A DNA stretch of 64,000 nt, taken from a virus. Lineage: Duplodnaviria > Caudoviricetes. Positions 46,813-55,004 of the stretch are shown piece by piece. Made by a program: the position numbers and the translations under genes. Each line of letters starts with the position of its first letter. The first letter of the stretch is position 1. The stretch spans positions 22-64,021 of the IMG/VR virus record IMGVR_UViG_3300032893_001402. One strand, given 5' to 3'. The notes beneath the pieces are model-generated. The model was given only the letters and a program-made list of their open reading frames with translations. It was not told where the DNA came from and ran no database searches.

Positions 46813-47141
46813 TAGTTTGCGCTTAGCTGGGCCTGGCAAGTGCAGAGATAACGAACACCCGTCGTGCGCAGGTCGGCAATCAGAATAATCCAGTTGTCGG
46901 ACCCGTCGTTAAGAATATCCCCGTTCTTAGGGACGATACCGCTTAGATTGGGTACGGGTAAGCTAAAGTTGCGCGTTCTCTTGTCCTCTCCAACGATCCC
47001 CGCCGCCTCGATTTGATTGCGGGTTAACGGGCTGATCGTACAGTTAGCGACTGTTTGGGTAATTCCCGCCGCTGTCGTCAGCGTGAGAGTTACTGTACGG
47101 TCGAAAATTCGGTAGTCGTTAATGGGGTTAAACGTCGGCAC
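46812..47141 (-). CDS. Putative head closure protein
   Basis: Size and position; PKNGDIL..W.I pattern. Confidence 0.6.
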   Translation of the reverse strand: MPTFNPINDYRIFDRTVTLTLTTAAGITQTVANCTISPLTRNQIEAAGIVGEDKRTRNFSLPVPNLSGIVPKNGDILNDGSDNWIILIADLRTTGVRYLCTCQAQLSAN

Positions 47142-47143
47142 AG

Positions 47144-47359
47144 CTAATCACTCTGCGCGGGGCAATTGTTCTGCCAAGGTATTAGCGCAATTTGAGCGTT
47201 GATCTTGTCGAGGCTAGCCCAAAGAGAATCATAGAGCGACTGCCATTGAACACTTTGGCCATCAACCGAGTAATTCGGCTGAGGGTTCTCAATCATTTCA
47301 TCGAGCTGGGCGGAGATGTTATCGCGCCTGGCGACCAGCTGTGCCAACGTTTGAGCCAT
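47144..47359 (-). CDS. gpW-like head-tail adaptor
   Basis: Helix, then PNYSVDGQSVQW hairpin, then helix. Confidence 0.65.
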   Translation of the reverse strand: MAQTLAQLVARRDNISAQLDEMIENPQPNYSVDGQSVQWQSLYDSLWASLDKINAQIALIPWQNNCPAQSD

Positions 47360-47366
47360 ATGCGCC

Positions 47367-47825
47367 TCACGAAGTTGGAGTCAACGTGCTGCCGGCCGGA
47401 GTGTGCTGTACAAGGCCCTTGGATGCATCGCTACCCCGAGCAATCGCAACCGGATCATGTTGCCGATACCGACCGTTGGGAGTTAGCTTGTCAGGCGGGC
47501 ACTCTCCGAGGTCTTGAGCCGAGCATTGCGATTCGTCAACCGGAGCGTGGCGAATTCCGACAACGCGCTTGTACTCAGCATAGGCGTCTTCCTTCGTGCC
47601 GGTCCAAGCCGTGGTAACTTTGCGCTCCGCCGAAGATTTGATCTTTACAGACCATAACCGACGGCGCTTGGCGGGATCGGGTTCCAAAAACTTGACCGGA
47701 GCCGAGGTCGAAGTCGAATCTGCTCCGGTTGGGGTTTCGGTTCCTGCTGCTTCCGGCGGACTTGCCGAGGGGATAGCAGCGTTCGCGGACGCTTTGGAAC
47801 TGCCGGGTTCGAGTTTGGGGGGCAT
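47367..47825 (-). CDS. Hypothetical protein
   Basis: AGGAG RBS downstream of the capsid terminator. Confidence 0.65.
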   Translation of the reverse strand: MPPKLEPGSSKASANAAIPSASPPEAAGTETPTGADSTSTSAPVKFLEPDPAKRRRLWSVKIKSSAERKVTTAWTGTKEDAYAEYKRVVGIRHAPVDESQCSAQDLGECPPDKLTPNGRYRQHDPVAIARGSDASKGLVQHTPAGSTLTPTS

Positions 47826-47865
47826 TCGTTGGATCTCCTAACAGGTTTGAGGGTAAGAACTTAGG

Positions 47866-47918
47866 GAGAAGAAAGCGGCCCCGCTTGAAATGGGATAAGC
47901 ACTCCAAGCGAGGGCCGC
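47866..47918 (-). terminator. Terminator-like hairpin after the major capsid gene
   Basis: GCGGCCCTCGCTTG..CAAGCGGGGCCGC followed by TTTCTTCT. Confidence 0.65.
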
Positions 47919-47983
47919 CCCGTAGCACAAGAGCCCGCGCCCTAGAACGGGTCTGCGCATCGGTTTCCGCGACGCAGGGCTGA

Positions 47984-49339
47984 TTACTGGTCAGACGGAA
48001 TCGTGCTCGGCCAATGCCGCTGGACCTTGCGCGGCTCTTTGACGAACGGAACTCCCATTTCGTCCACAAAAATCGAAGCCACAAGCCGCCGATCGGCCAT
48101 CGTGTAGCTATCGGGAGTGGCGCGCGTCGTGGTGAAGGGGATGTTTTCGAGGTAGCCAAACGCGCCTTTGAAGTCTCCGTACCACCAAAGACCATTCGCG
48201 GTAGTTGCCGCGTCGGCAGAGTCCTGACTACCGTAAGCCGAAGTTTCCATCATGGCTTGCGCTTGCCGCCAAAACCATTGGCTAGACATCGGATCGCCGA
48301 TACCCATCTTCACCAGCGGATTATCGCCAAACATACGATACGTCGAAGTCTGGGTTAGCCGCTCTACGGTTGTCGTGCGCAACGTGTGCAAAGTTGTCGC
48401 GAGGTTGATCGGCGCTACAAGCAGTTGGCGATTGGGGCCGATTGAAACGGGCAATCCCGTCTCTTGATCGGTCATCTGAGTGGCGAGGTAAATCGCCGTG
48501 TTGATGTTCGTGTAGTCGGCCAGCGCGTTGCTTGCCGCTTCGTTTACCCAATTGCCGCCGCTGCTGACGTACGTGTTGTAGGTCACGCCGTCATATGTGT
48601 AAGTATTCACATTTCCGACAAATACGTCGGCCATGCGGATCTCTTTACGGATGCGCAGCGTTTCGACCACCTTCTCTGCGTTGGCCAGCACTTGGCCGGT
48701 ACGATCGAACAAGACGGCTTCGACCGTCACGTCAACGGCCGTACCGAAGTTCGTAGTATCGGGAGTCGTGACGTAGCGTTCCGTGAGCTGCATCCGCGCG
48801 TGCTGCTCGCCAGACTTGCGTTCCATAGCCACGTCGCCGGGAATCGAAACCCCGATAAACTTCTGAGCCCGCAAATCGCTGTTGATCGTTTCGGCTACTG
48901 AGTCGGCAATAAAGTCCGGCCGGTTCCAAACGTCCAACATCCGCGCTTCGAGCAGCCCTAGCGCAGCCGAATTGTACGGGGAGATGTCCCCAAACTGTGA
49001 AGGAACCATCGGAGCAGCCCCGGCGGCTTCCATCGCATGGACTTGAGTGGTTATCCCGCCGACAAGAATCCGGCGCAACTCTTCGTCCGACGGATCGCCG
49101 AAGAAAGCCCTAGCCAGCCCCTTAAAGCTGACTTCCTCGGGGCGCACCCGGCCGCCGGGAATCCCCTCGTAACTCTCCAATACCGGAGTCGTCCCCAGGT
49201 CCCCCGTCATGCGACGGCGCAGCGATTTGGTAGCCGGATCGTATTTTCCAAGCCCCAGAATCCCTTGAAGTTTGAGGCTGGCGACATGCGGCCCCTCTTT
49301 TCGCACAACGTCTCTCAAAGAACCCCAATCGAATGGCAT
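47984..49339 (-). CDS. Major capsid protein (HK97 fold, Mu gpT-like)
   Basis: Position after protease and decoration genes; FG..VDVTVEAVLFDRTGQV, LLVAP, WWYGDFK motifs. Confidence 0.85.
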   Translation of the reverse strand: MPFDWGSLRDVVRKEGPHVASLKLQGILGLGKYDPATKSLRRRMTGDLGTTPVLESYEGIPGGRVRPEEVSFKGLARAFFGDPSDEELRRILVGGITTQVHAMEAAGAAPMVPSQFGDISPYNSAALGLLEARMLDVWNRPDFIADSVAETINSDLRAQKFIGVSIPGDVAMERKSGEQHARMQLTERYVTTPDTTNFGTAVDVTVEAVLFDRTGQVLANAEKVVETLRIRKEIRMADVFVGNVNTYTYDGVTYNTYVSSGGNWVNEAASNALADYTNINTAIYLATQMTDQETGLPVSIGPNRQLLVAPINLATTLHTLRTTTVERLTQTSTYRMFGDNPLVKMGIGDPMSSQWFWRQAQAMMETSAYGSQDSADAATTANGLWWYGDFKGAFGYLENIPFTTTRATPDSYTMADRRLVASIFVDEMGVPFVKEPRKVQRHWPSTIPSDQ

Positions 49340-49439
49340 GAATAAATTCCTTATGCTGTAGTGCTGTCGCACTTGCCTGATAGTGCGCTGCGCGGCAACG
49401 TGCCGACAGCGTTACATACGAGAGCGGCCAGAGTGCCGC

Positions 49440-50255
49440 TTACTTGGCGAACCAAGAGCCAACGTAGACTTCGCTGGCAATCAGAAGGGAAATCGAGTTA
49501 TTGTTGATCGTGACGGCGCCATTAGCAGCACCGCCATTGATCGAAGCGCCGGCTTGCGGATAGATTTTGCCGACGTTGGTAGGATCGGAATTGACGAACT
49601 CGATTTGCATACCGGGCACTGCGACCGGCAACTGTACGCCTTGATTCTGCCCCGTCAAAAGCAGCTCAACTACCCCGCTCGTTACCGTGACAGCCGCCGC
49701 ATTGCCAATTGCGCTTCCCGTGGCGGTCAGCTTGACCGGCGCTAGCGGAGCATTCGACAGCCCCAGAATAAGCCGGCTGCGCACAATGCACTGTACCGAA
49801 GTCACGGAGCTGGCGTACTTTTGGGTAACGATGGCGATGGCTAGCGCCGGATCAGTCGTCTTTTCGAGCAACTGATTATCGAGCGTATAGACTCCGCCAG
49901 CGTTGCCGGGGTTGGGAGAAAACGTGAGCATATCGCCCACGTTAAACGTGCCGCTGACTACCGTACGGGTTTGAACACCAGTATCGAGCCAGCAATTCAC
50001 GCTCCCCGCCGGAGTCGTACCGCTGAGGTTCGTCCCCGGTTTGTATTCGCGGGATACTCCCGCGAAGAGTTTGACGGCCGCAATCTGGTTGGCGACCTTA
50101 CTGCCGAGGTCAGCCGCGTCACCCGCTGAATAGCAATCGCTACCCGTGGCAAGTACCAGATCGTTGATGTTGACCGTATTCCCATTGCCGCCGTAGACAA
50201 AGTCGAAATCGACCAGCGGCGGGGGATACAGGGTTGATGTCCCTGCCTGTGCCAT
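49440..50255 (-). CDS. Capsid decoration / cement protein
   Basis: Between protease and capsid; FAGVS..FNVGD..AIAIV pattern with an extra C-terminal domain. Confidence 0.6.
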   Translation of the reverse strand: MAQAGTSTLYPPPLVDFDFVYGGNGNTVNINDLVLATGSDCYSAGDAADLGSKVANQIAAVKLFAGVSREYKPGTNLSGTTPAGSVNCWLDTGVQTRTVVSGTFNVGDMLTFSPNPGNAGGVYTLDNQLLEKTTDPALAIAIVTQKYASSVTSVQCIVRSRLILGLSNAPLAPVKLTATGSAIGNAAAVTVTSGVVELLLTGQNQGVQLPVAVPGMQIEFVNSDPTNVGKIYPQAGASINGGAANGAVTINNNSISLLIASEVYVGSWFAK

Positions 50256-50307
50256 AATGGTTCACCTTTCGGTTGCTTGGAGGAAGAAAAGTAGAAGTCG
50301 CGGACAA

Positions 50308-51699
50308 CTAAATCATCGACCGGCTACGCAAGCTACTCGCGAAGTCGGCCGGATCGAACGAAGCGCTTTTGTCGTTAGCCCCCGGCTTGGCGCTTTCCGT
50401 AACGGAAGAGGCCGGGACACTCTTCGGCCGAGCGACAGGAATCGCCTTCTTCTGGCCCTGCGCTTGGGTCGGATCGGCATTGGATTCCTTGACGGCGATC
50501 CAAGTGCTCACCAATTCCTCGGCAACGGCCTTGCTCTCGACAACGGCCGCCAGAGCCCTGACTTGAGACGGCTTTGGATTACCGATGCCTTTTTCGGCCA
50601 GCATGTTGCGAGCCAGAAGCTCTTGCTTCAACCCGCGTACTTCGGCTTGCAGAGCCGCAATCCGGTCGGGTTTGGCTTTGCCCTTGCTCTCTTCCTCGGA
50701 ATCCGTTGAAGCCGAATCGTTCGTATCGTCGGCCGCGCCTTCGCCTGACTGAGCCGAACCCGTCTGGCCGCTCAAGTCTTTGTGTTCCAGAGCGCTGGCC
50801 AGCAGCTCGCTGAACTGCTTGACCTTTTCTCCGTTGTCCATATCCGAGGAATAAAGCTTGCAGAGCTTTTCCGCCAGGTCGGCAAACAGCGGATCGCTAC
50901 TGCACATCTCGGCCACCGGCGATTGCTCCATAACATTCGCCGCGTCGTCATTGGTTGTTGCAGTTGCGGCGTTCGGGTTTACAGCCCCCGCCGGATCGCT
51001 CTCGTATCCAGGTCCCGTACTCATGTTATTGCCTTTCATTCCGCGAGGACTCCAGGGATTAAAAAGCGCTCCCTGATTGCGCTGGTTAACGATTTGCCAG
51101 TAGTTGTCTGGATTAACGCTCTCAAAAATCCCCTGGGTCGTAGCGGGGTCCGAGACGAGATCCACCGAACGTACTACCTCGATTGCTTCAACGATAATTC
51201 GCCCGTCTTGGATGCGTTGGCGCTGTAATGCGTTGTGAGACAGGCCGAGTTTGGTGGGGAATCTTTCGCAGTTTTCGCAGACCTGTTCGGCCCGGGGATG
51301 GCTCTTGGTGAAATGCAAATCTGCATACAACCCGTCTTCGCAAACTATGACGTTACGGAGTTCTCCAAACCCATCCTCAAGTTTGCGCTCTACCGTAGCA
51401 TCCGTCTTGCTGATCGGCTTGCCGGCCCCAGGATGATCGAGATAGACGCGAGCCCCTTCGTAGAGATTCTTGGCCGCTTCAAGCACGGCTAGAGGATAAA
51501 TACGATTGTTGCGGCTCTTGAGGCCGATGATCTTGACCCCATGAATCACGCCGTTTTCCCGATCGACGCGCGATGCAATGGCGCCTCTTGGGGGCGGTTG
51601 AAGATCCTCGAAGACCCAGGCGATACCGCGCTCTTGCCGGGATTGCGCTTGTCTTGCCGAGTCTGATTGCTTTGCTTGTTTTGTTGCCGTGCTCATCAT
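50308..51699 (-). CDS. Prohead protease-scaffold fusion
   Basis: SRNNRIYP, YLDHP (His), GLSHNA (Ser), SVDLVSDPAT (Asp), then acidic/coiled scaffold. Confidence 0.85.
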   Translation of the reverse strand: MMSTATKQAKQSDSARQAQSRQERGIAWVFEDLQPPPRGAIASRVDRENGVIHGVKIIGLKSRNNRIYPLAVLEAAKNLYEGARVYLDHPGAGKPISKTDATVERKLEDGFGELRNVIVCEDGLYADLHFTKSHPRAEQVCENCERFPTKLGLSHNALQRQRIQDGRIIVEAIEVVRSVDLVSDPATTQGIFESVNPDNYWQIVNQRNQGALFNPWSPRGMKGNNMSTGPGYESDPAGAVNPNAATATTNDDAANVMEQSPVAEMCSSDPLFADLAEKLCKLYSSDMDNGEKVKQFSELLASALEHKDLSGQTGSAQSGEGAADDTNDSASTDSEEESKGKAKPDRIAALQAEVRGLKQELLARNMLAEKGIGNPKPSQVRALAAVVESKAVAEELVSTWIAVKESNADPTQAQGQKKAIPVARPKSVPASSVTESAKPGANDKSASFDPADFASSLRSRSMI

Positions 51700-52487
51700 C
51701 AATTTCCATAATCCGAATATTCGAGCCAACATCTGCAATTAGGATGCGCCGGAGGTCCCTCGGGGAATTCTTCGGCCCATTCTTCGCTGGGCTTCTGATT
51801 CAGAGGTCTGCAAATAGGACAGACCTTGTCATCCTCGCTCGTATTCCAAATCCAGATACCCGTTGCGAACATCGCAAAGGGCACTTCGTCGGGAGAGATT
51901 TCCTTAGCGATAGGAATCTCATCTACAAGAATCGGCTTGCCGTAGCCCCCGAGTGGGATGGGCTTTAGAAGCCCTCGGCTAGCCGCGATTGCCGATCGCT
52001 GGCCCGCTGTATGGGCTCCCGTAATCGACGTGACGGCGAGCGTGGTAGCTCGATTAGGACCGAATAAGCGATCGAGGCCGGGCGGTGCGAGTCTTGATAC
52101 GGGTGGCCGCTCGTAGGGCCTGAGCAGCAGATAGGCAGCAGCTAATTCGGCGTCATGCTGCTGTTTAAGTTTGCCGTACGCTTCACGGTCTTTTGCCGTG
52201 GCTTCGTCGGCAATCTTTAAGGCGCGTTTTACCGCCCACTCGCGGGCGTTTCGCCGATTCGTCGCAATATCGCCATAGAGGGCATTGGCAGAAACTTCAT
52301 AGACAGGGGCAAGTGAAAGGGCTAAAGCCGACGCTAGTTCGTCGCGGTTGCGCTTCCAATATTCGTCTGTGACAGTTTGATTTGAGGCGACAAGGTCTAG
52401 TAGCCTGCGATGCTGCTTTTGTTGAAGAAGGAAAAGCGTGCCTGCAATAACCCGTTCATACGGGTAACGGTTAGCAAGGTCCGGCAC
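51699..52487 (-). CDS. Minor head morphogenesis protein (MuF / SPP1 gp7-like)
   Basis: W.TSEDDKVCPICRPLN..PPAHPNCRC. Confidence 0.85.
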   Translation of the reverse strand: MPDLANRYPYERVIAGTLFLLQQKQHRRLLDLVASNQTVTDEYWKRNRDELASALALSLAPVYEVSANALYGDIATNRRNAREWAVKRALKIADEATAKDREAYGKLKQQHDAELAAAYLLLRPYERPPVSRLAPPGLDRLFGPNRATTLAVTSITGAHTAGQRSAIAASRGLLKPIPLGGYGKPILVDEIPIAKEISPDEVPFAMFATGIWIWNTSEDDKVCPICRPLNQKPSEEWAEEFPEGPPAHPNCRCWLEYSDYGN

Positions 52488-52543
52488 TAGGTTTCAAGGT
52501 TGGCGTTACAAATCTGGTCACGGTTTCTGGTATAATGCGTGCC

Positions 52544-53140
52544 ATGGGCATTCCAGATTTTCCAGGCTGGCAATTGCTTGGGGCTTTCCCGGACGGCGAG
52601 TCCGACGATGTCGGAAGCTGGCTGCTAGCGGACGGCCGCGAAGCCATGCTCTTGGAAGTCCCACCCGGCCTGACTCCAAGCTACGTGCTTTTTGCTCTTG
52701 AGCGCGCCAATGCGAAGCTGTGCTTCGTGACAGCATCGCATGACCACGAAGACCACCTTGACGCGGACGCCTGGCGTGCCTTGGAAGTGGCGTTCCCACG
52801 AACGAGATTTATCCATCCACAAGAGGTTGATAGATTATTCACGCGCGGCGACTTGAGGCTAACCATCGGAAGCGAGCCTCTTTGGCTCGTCAAAGCGCCC
52901 AAGCATTCGCGCACGGACATAGTGACGGTGTTTCGAGGTGTCGCCATGACCGGCGACATCGAACTAGGAACGCTGGACTCAGTCAACCGCGAAGTCCCCA
53001 AAAAAACCAAAGCCAAGAGCATGGAATGGCTGGCGGCCTTCCAAGATCGTACGGGATACCTCATCCATTTCATTGTCAGCGCCCACCTGAACGATTTTCG
53101 ATTGTCAGTTGATTGGCCTGCCCTCTTTCGCGTTTCGTAA
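52544..53140 (+). CDS. Metallo-beta-lactamase-fold hydrolase (moron-like, antisense to the head operon)
   Basis: SHDHEDH (HxHxDH), PKHS, TGD, SAH; extended -10 TGGTATAAT at 52528-52536. Confidence 0.85.
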   Translation: MGIPDFPGWQLLGAFPDGESDDVGSWLLADGREAMLLEVPPGLTPSYVLFALERANAKLCFVTASHDHEDHLDADAWRALEVAFPRTRFIHPQEVDRLFTRGDLRLTIGSEPLWLVKAPKHSRTDIVTVFRGVAMTGDIELGTLDSVNREVPKKTKAKSMEWLAAFQDRTGYLIHFIVSAHLNDFRLSVDWPALFRVS

Positions 53141-55004
53141 GCATGCTGCGAATAAACCGCACATGCGCCGGATCTTGGCCGGTAAGGTGCGATACGTAAG
53201 AATCGATGGTGAATGGATTGTCCGTCAAATATCCGGACTGGCCACTGTCGTTGGACGGATTGGCCTCGACAACGCGATAGCCCTTGTCGGTTTTCATCAC
53301 GTCCGGCGCATAAATCTGCCCTTGCCGCTCTGAGGCCGGAAGGGCATTGATTGCATCGACGGCTGCTTTGGCCATGGCCCTGGTGTCATCATTCTCGAAT
53401 ACCACCGGCAGCGGCGCATTCTTGATCCAAGTTGCGTGCGGTACAATCGAGGCGACTCCGTTTTGGGTGGTGATATGCACCCTGCCCTCTCCCGGAGCTA
53501 TTGTTTTGCCGGCCGCACGATCGGCGTCCGATACGCCTACCGCCGCAAAAGCTGGCTGGGCCATGAATTCCTTTCCGCCGCCAGGAAGCTCCGCGCCATG
53601 TTCGTTTTGTGCCGCCTCGGCCGCACGATCTGCTAACTCGCGCGCGTGTCCGAAAATCGTGTTCGCGTAGCTCCGGCTGCCAAACTTGTACTGCGTGCCG
53701 TCGGAACCTTTCAGGCCAGCAAGCCTGCCATCCTTGTCGCGGTAGAGTGATAGGCCGTACTGCGACAATTCCTTGTCGGCGTGGTGGATCGTGGATTGCG
53801 CGTCACGTTCGATTTGTTCGGCGTACTGCGGGAAAAAGATCCCGTAACCGGCAGCAGCTTCGTTGCCGTACGCTTTTACAATCCACCGACCCGCCCCATA
53901 TTTATCGTCCAGCTTCTTGCGCACATCGGGCGAGAGATGCGTAACTTCGTGGCCGGCGATCTTGTTGATGTCTTCGCTGGATTCGAGCCCTGGCAGCTTT
54001 TTGGCTTCGTCCAATTTGTTGACAAGGTTGGGTTCGGCAGATTGGAAGTCGCCAGGCTTATCGGCCTCGTAACCGCGGAACTCTTTGGGCTCGGATGAAA
54101 TGCTGCGCTTCCCCTCGATGCGCCTGCTCGACCTGTTGAGCGTAATCCCGGTGCGCTCCAAATACTTTTGAGCGAATTCAGCGGCCGGTAAACCGCCAGT
54201 GAAATCCTCGGGTGCCGCTGCACCTTGATACTGCACGTCCTGCTTGCCGCCGCCCCTACTCTCCCCAAGAGCCTCAAGAGCGGCCTCAACGCCCACATCG
54301 TTGACATGCGACTTCACCTTGTCGAGCCAGGCGGCTTGTTCGTGTTGGCCGTTTTTGCGGAACAAGCTCGCCACCCGATCAAGCTTTTCGTTTACTCGAT
54401 GGATTTCGGCGGGTAGAGCCTTAGGAGTTCCTGAACGTGCGGGCTGACGCTCACCCTCCCCGCCTTGACTAGCTGCTGCATCGTGGGATGCGCCAGACGC
54501 TCGCGCCACTGGTCCGCCGTCTTGCGGAGTGTCGCTTCGGCCGCTTGGACCTCCTTTTCCTCCTCGCTTGTCAGTGTCACTTTTGCCACCTCCTAGCTTC
54601 GATTTCAGCAGGTCTTTAAGGGCTCGAAACGCATGGCCAAGATGCTTGATACTGACGCCGCGCATGGATGGCGGAATACTTCCGCCGACGATCTTCCCAT
54701 CGCGATCCAGCAGAACTTTGTGGCCACCCCCTTCATCGTCGCCATGAATCGTAATCCAGTGCTCGCCAGATGATTCAAGCGCTGCGCCGTCAAATGACTC
54801 GGCTATCGCAGCTTCGCCATCGTCCGACCCAAGTTCTTTCGGATCGAATCCAAGGATGGCGGTCACGTCTTCCGGTGTTTCCGGCAACTCTTCGTCGTCT
54901 GGATCTTCGTCCACGACGGAGTGCAGCCCTGCCCTCCAGTCAATTGGCGCGCTTTTGGCATCGCCAAAATGAACATCGGCTGGCAGATCAAAAACGCGGC
55001 TCAT
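53076..55004 (-). CDS. Putative head-packaged protein with C-terminal ATP-grasp domain
   Basis: N-terminal HWITIHG..HKVLL motif; C-terminal WIVKA..GYGIF, FMAQP, EGRVH, APDV..YRVVEANP. Confidence 0.7.
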   Translation of the reverse strand: MSRVFDLPADVHFGDAKSAPIDWRAGLHSVVDEDPDDEELPETPEDVTAILGFDPKELGSDDGEAAIAESFDGAALESSGEHWITIHGDDEGGGHKVLLDRDGKIVGGSIPPSMRGVSIKHLGHAFRALKDLLKSKLGGGKSDTDKRGGKGGPSGRSDTPQDGGPVARASGASHDAAASQGGEGERQPARSGTPKALPAEIHRVNEKLDRVASLFRKNGQHEQAAWLDKVKSHVNDVGVEAALEALGESRGGGKQDVQYQGAAAPEDFTGGLPAAEFAQKYLERTGITLNRSSRRIEGKRSISSEPKEFRGYEADKPGDFQSAEPNLVNKLDEAKKLPGLESSEDINKIAGHEVTHLSPDVRKKLDDKYGAGRWIVKAYGNEAAAGYGIFFPQYAEQIERDAQSTIHHADKELSQYGLSLYRDKDGRLAGLKGSDGTQYKFGSRSYANTIFGHARELADRAAEAAQNEHGAELPGGGKEFMAQPAFAAVGVSDADRAAGKTIAPGEGRVHITTQNGVASIVPHATWIKNAPLPVVFENDDTRAMAKAAVDAINALPASERQGQIYAPDVMKTDKGYRVVEANPSNDSGQSGYLTDNPFTIDSYVSHLTGQDPAHVRFIRSMLTKRERGQANQLTIENRSGGR

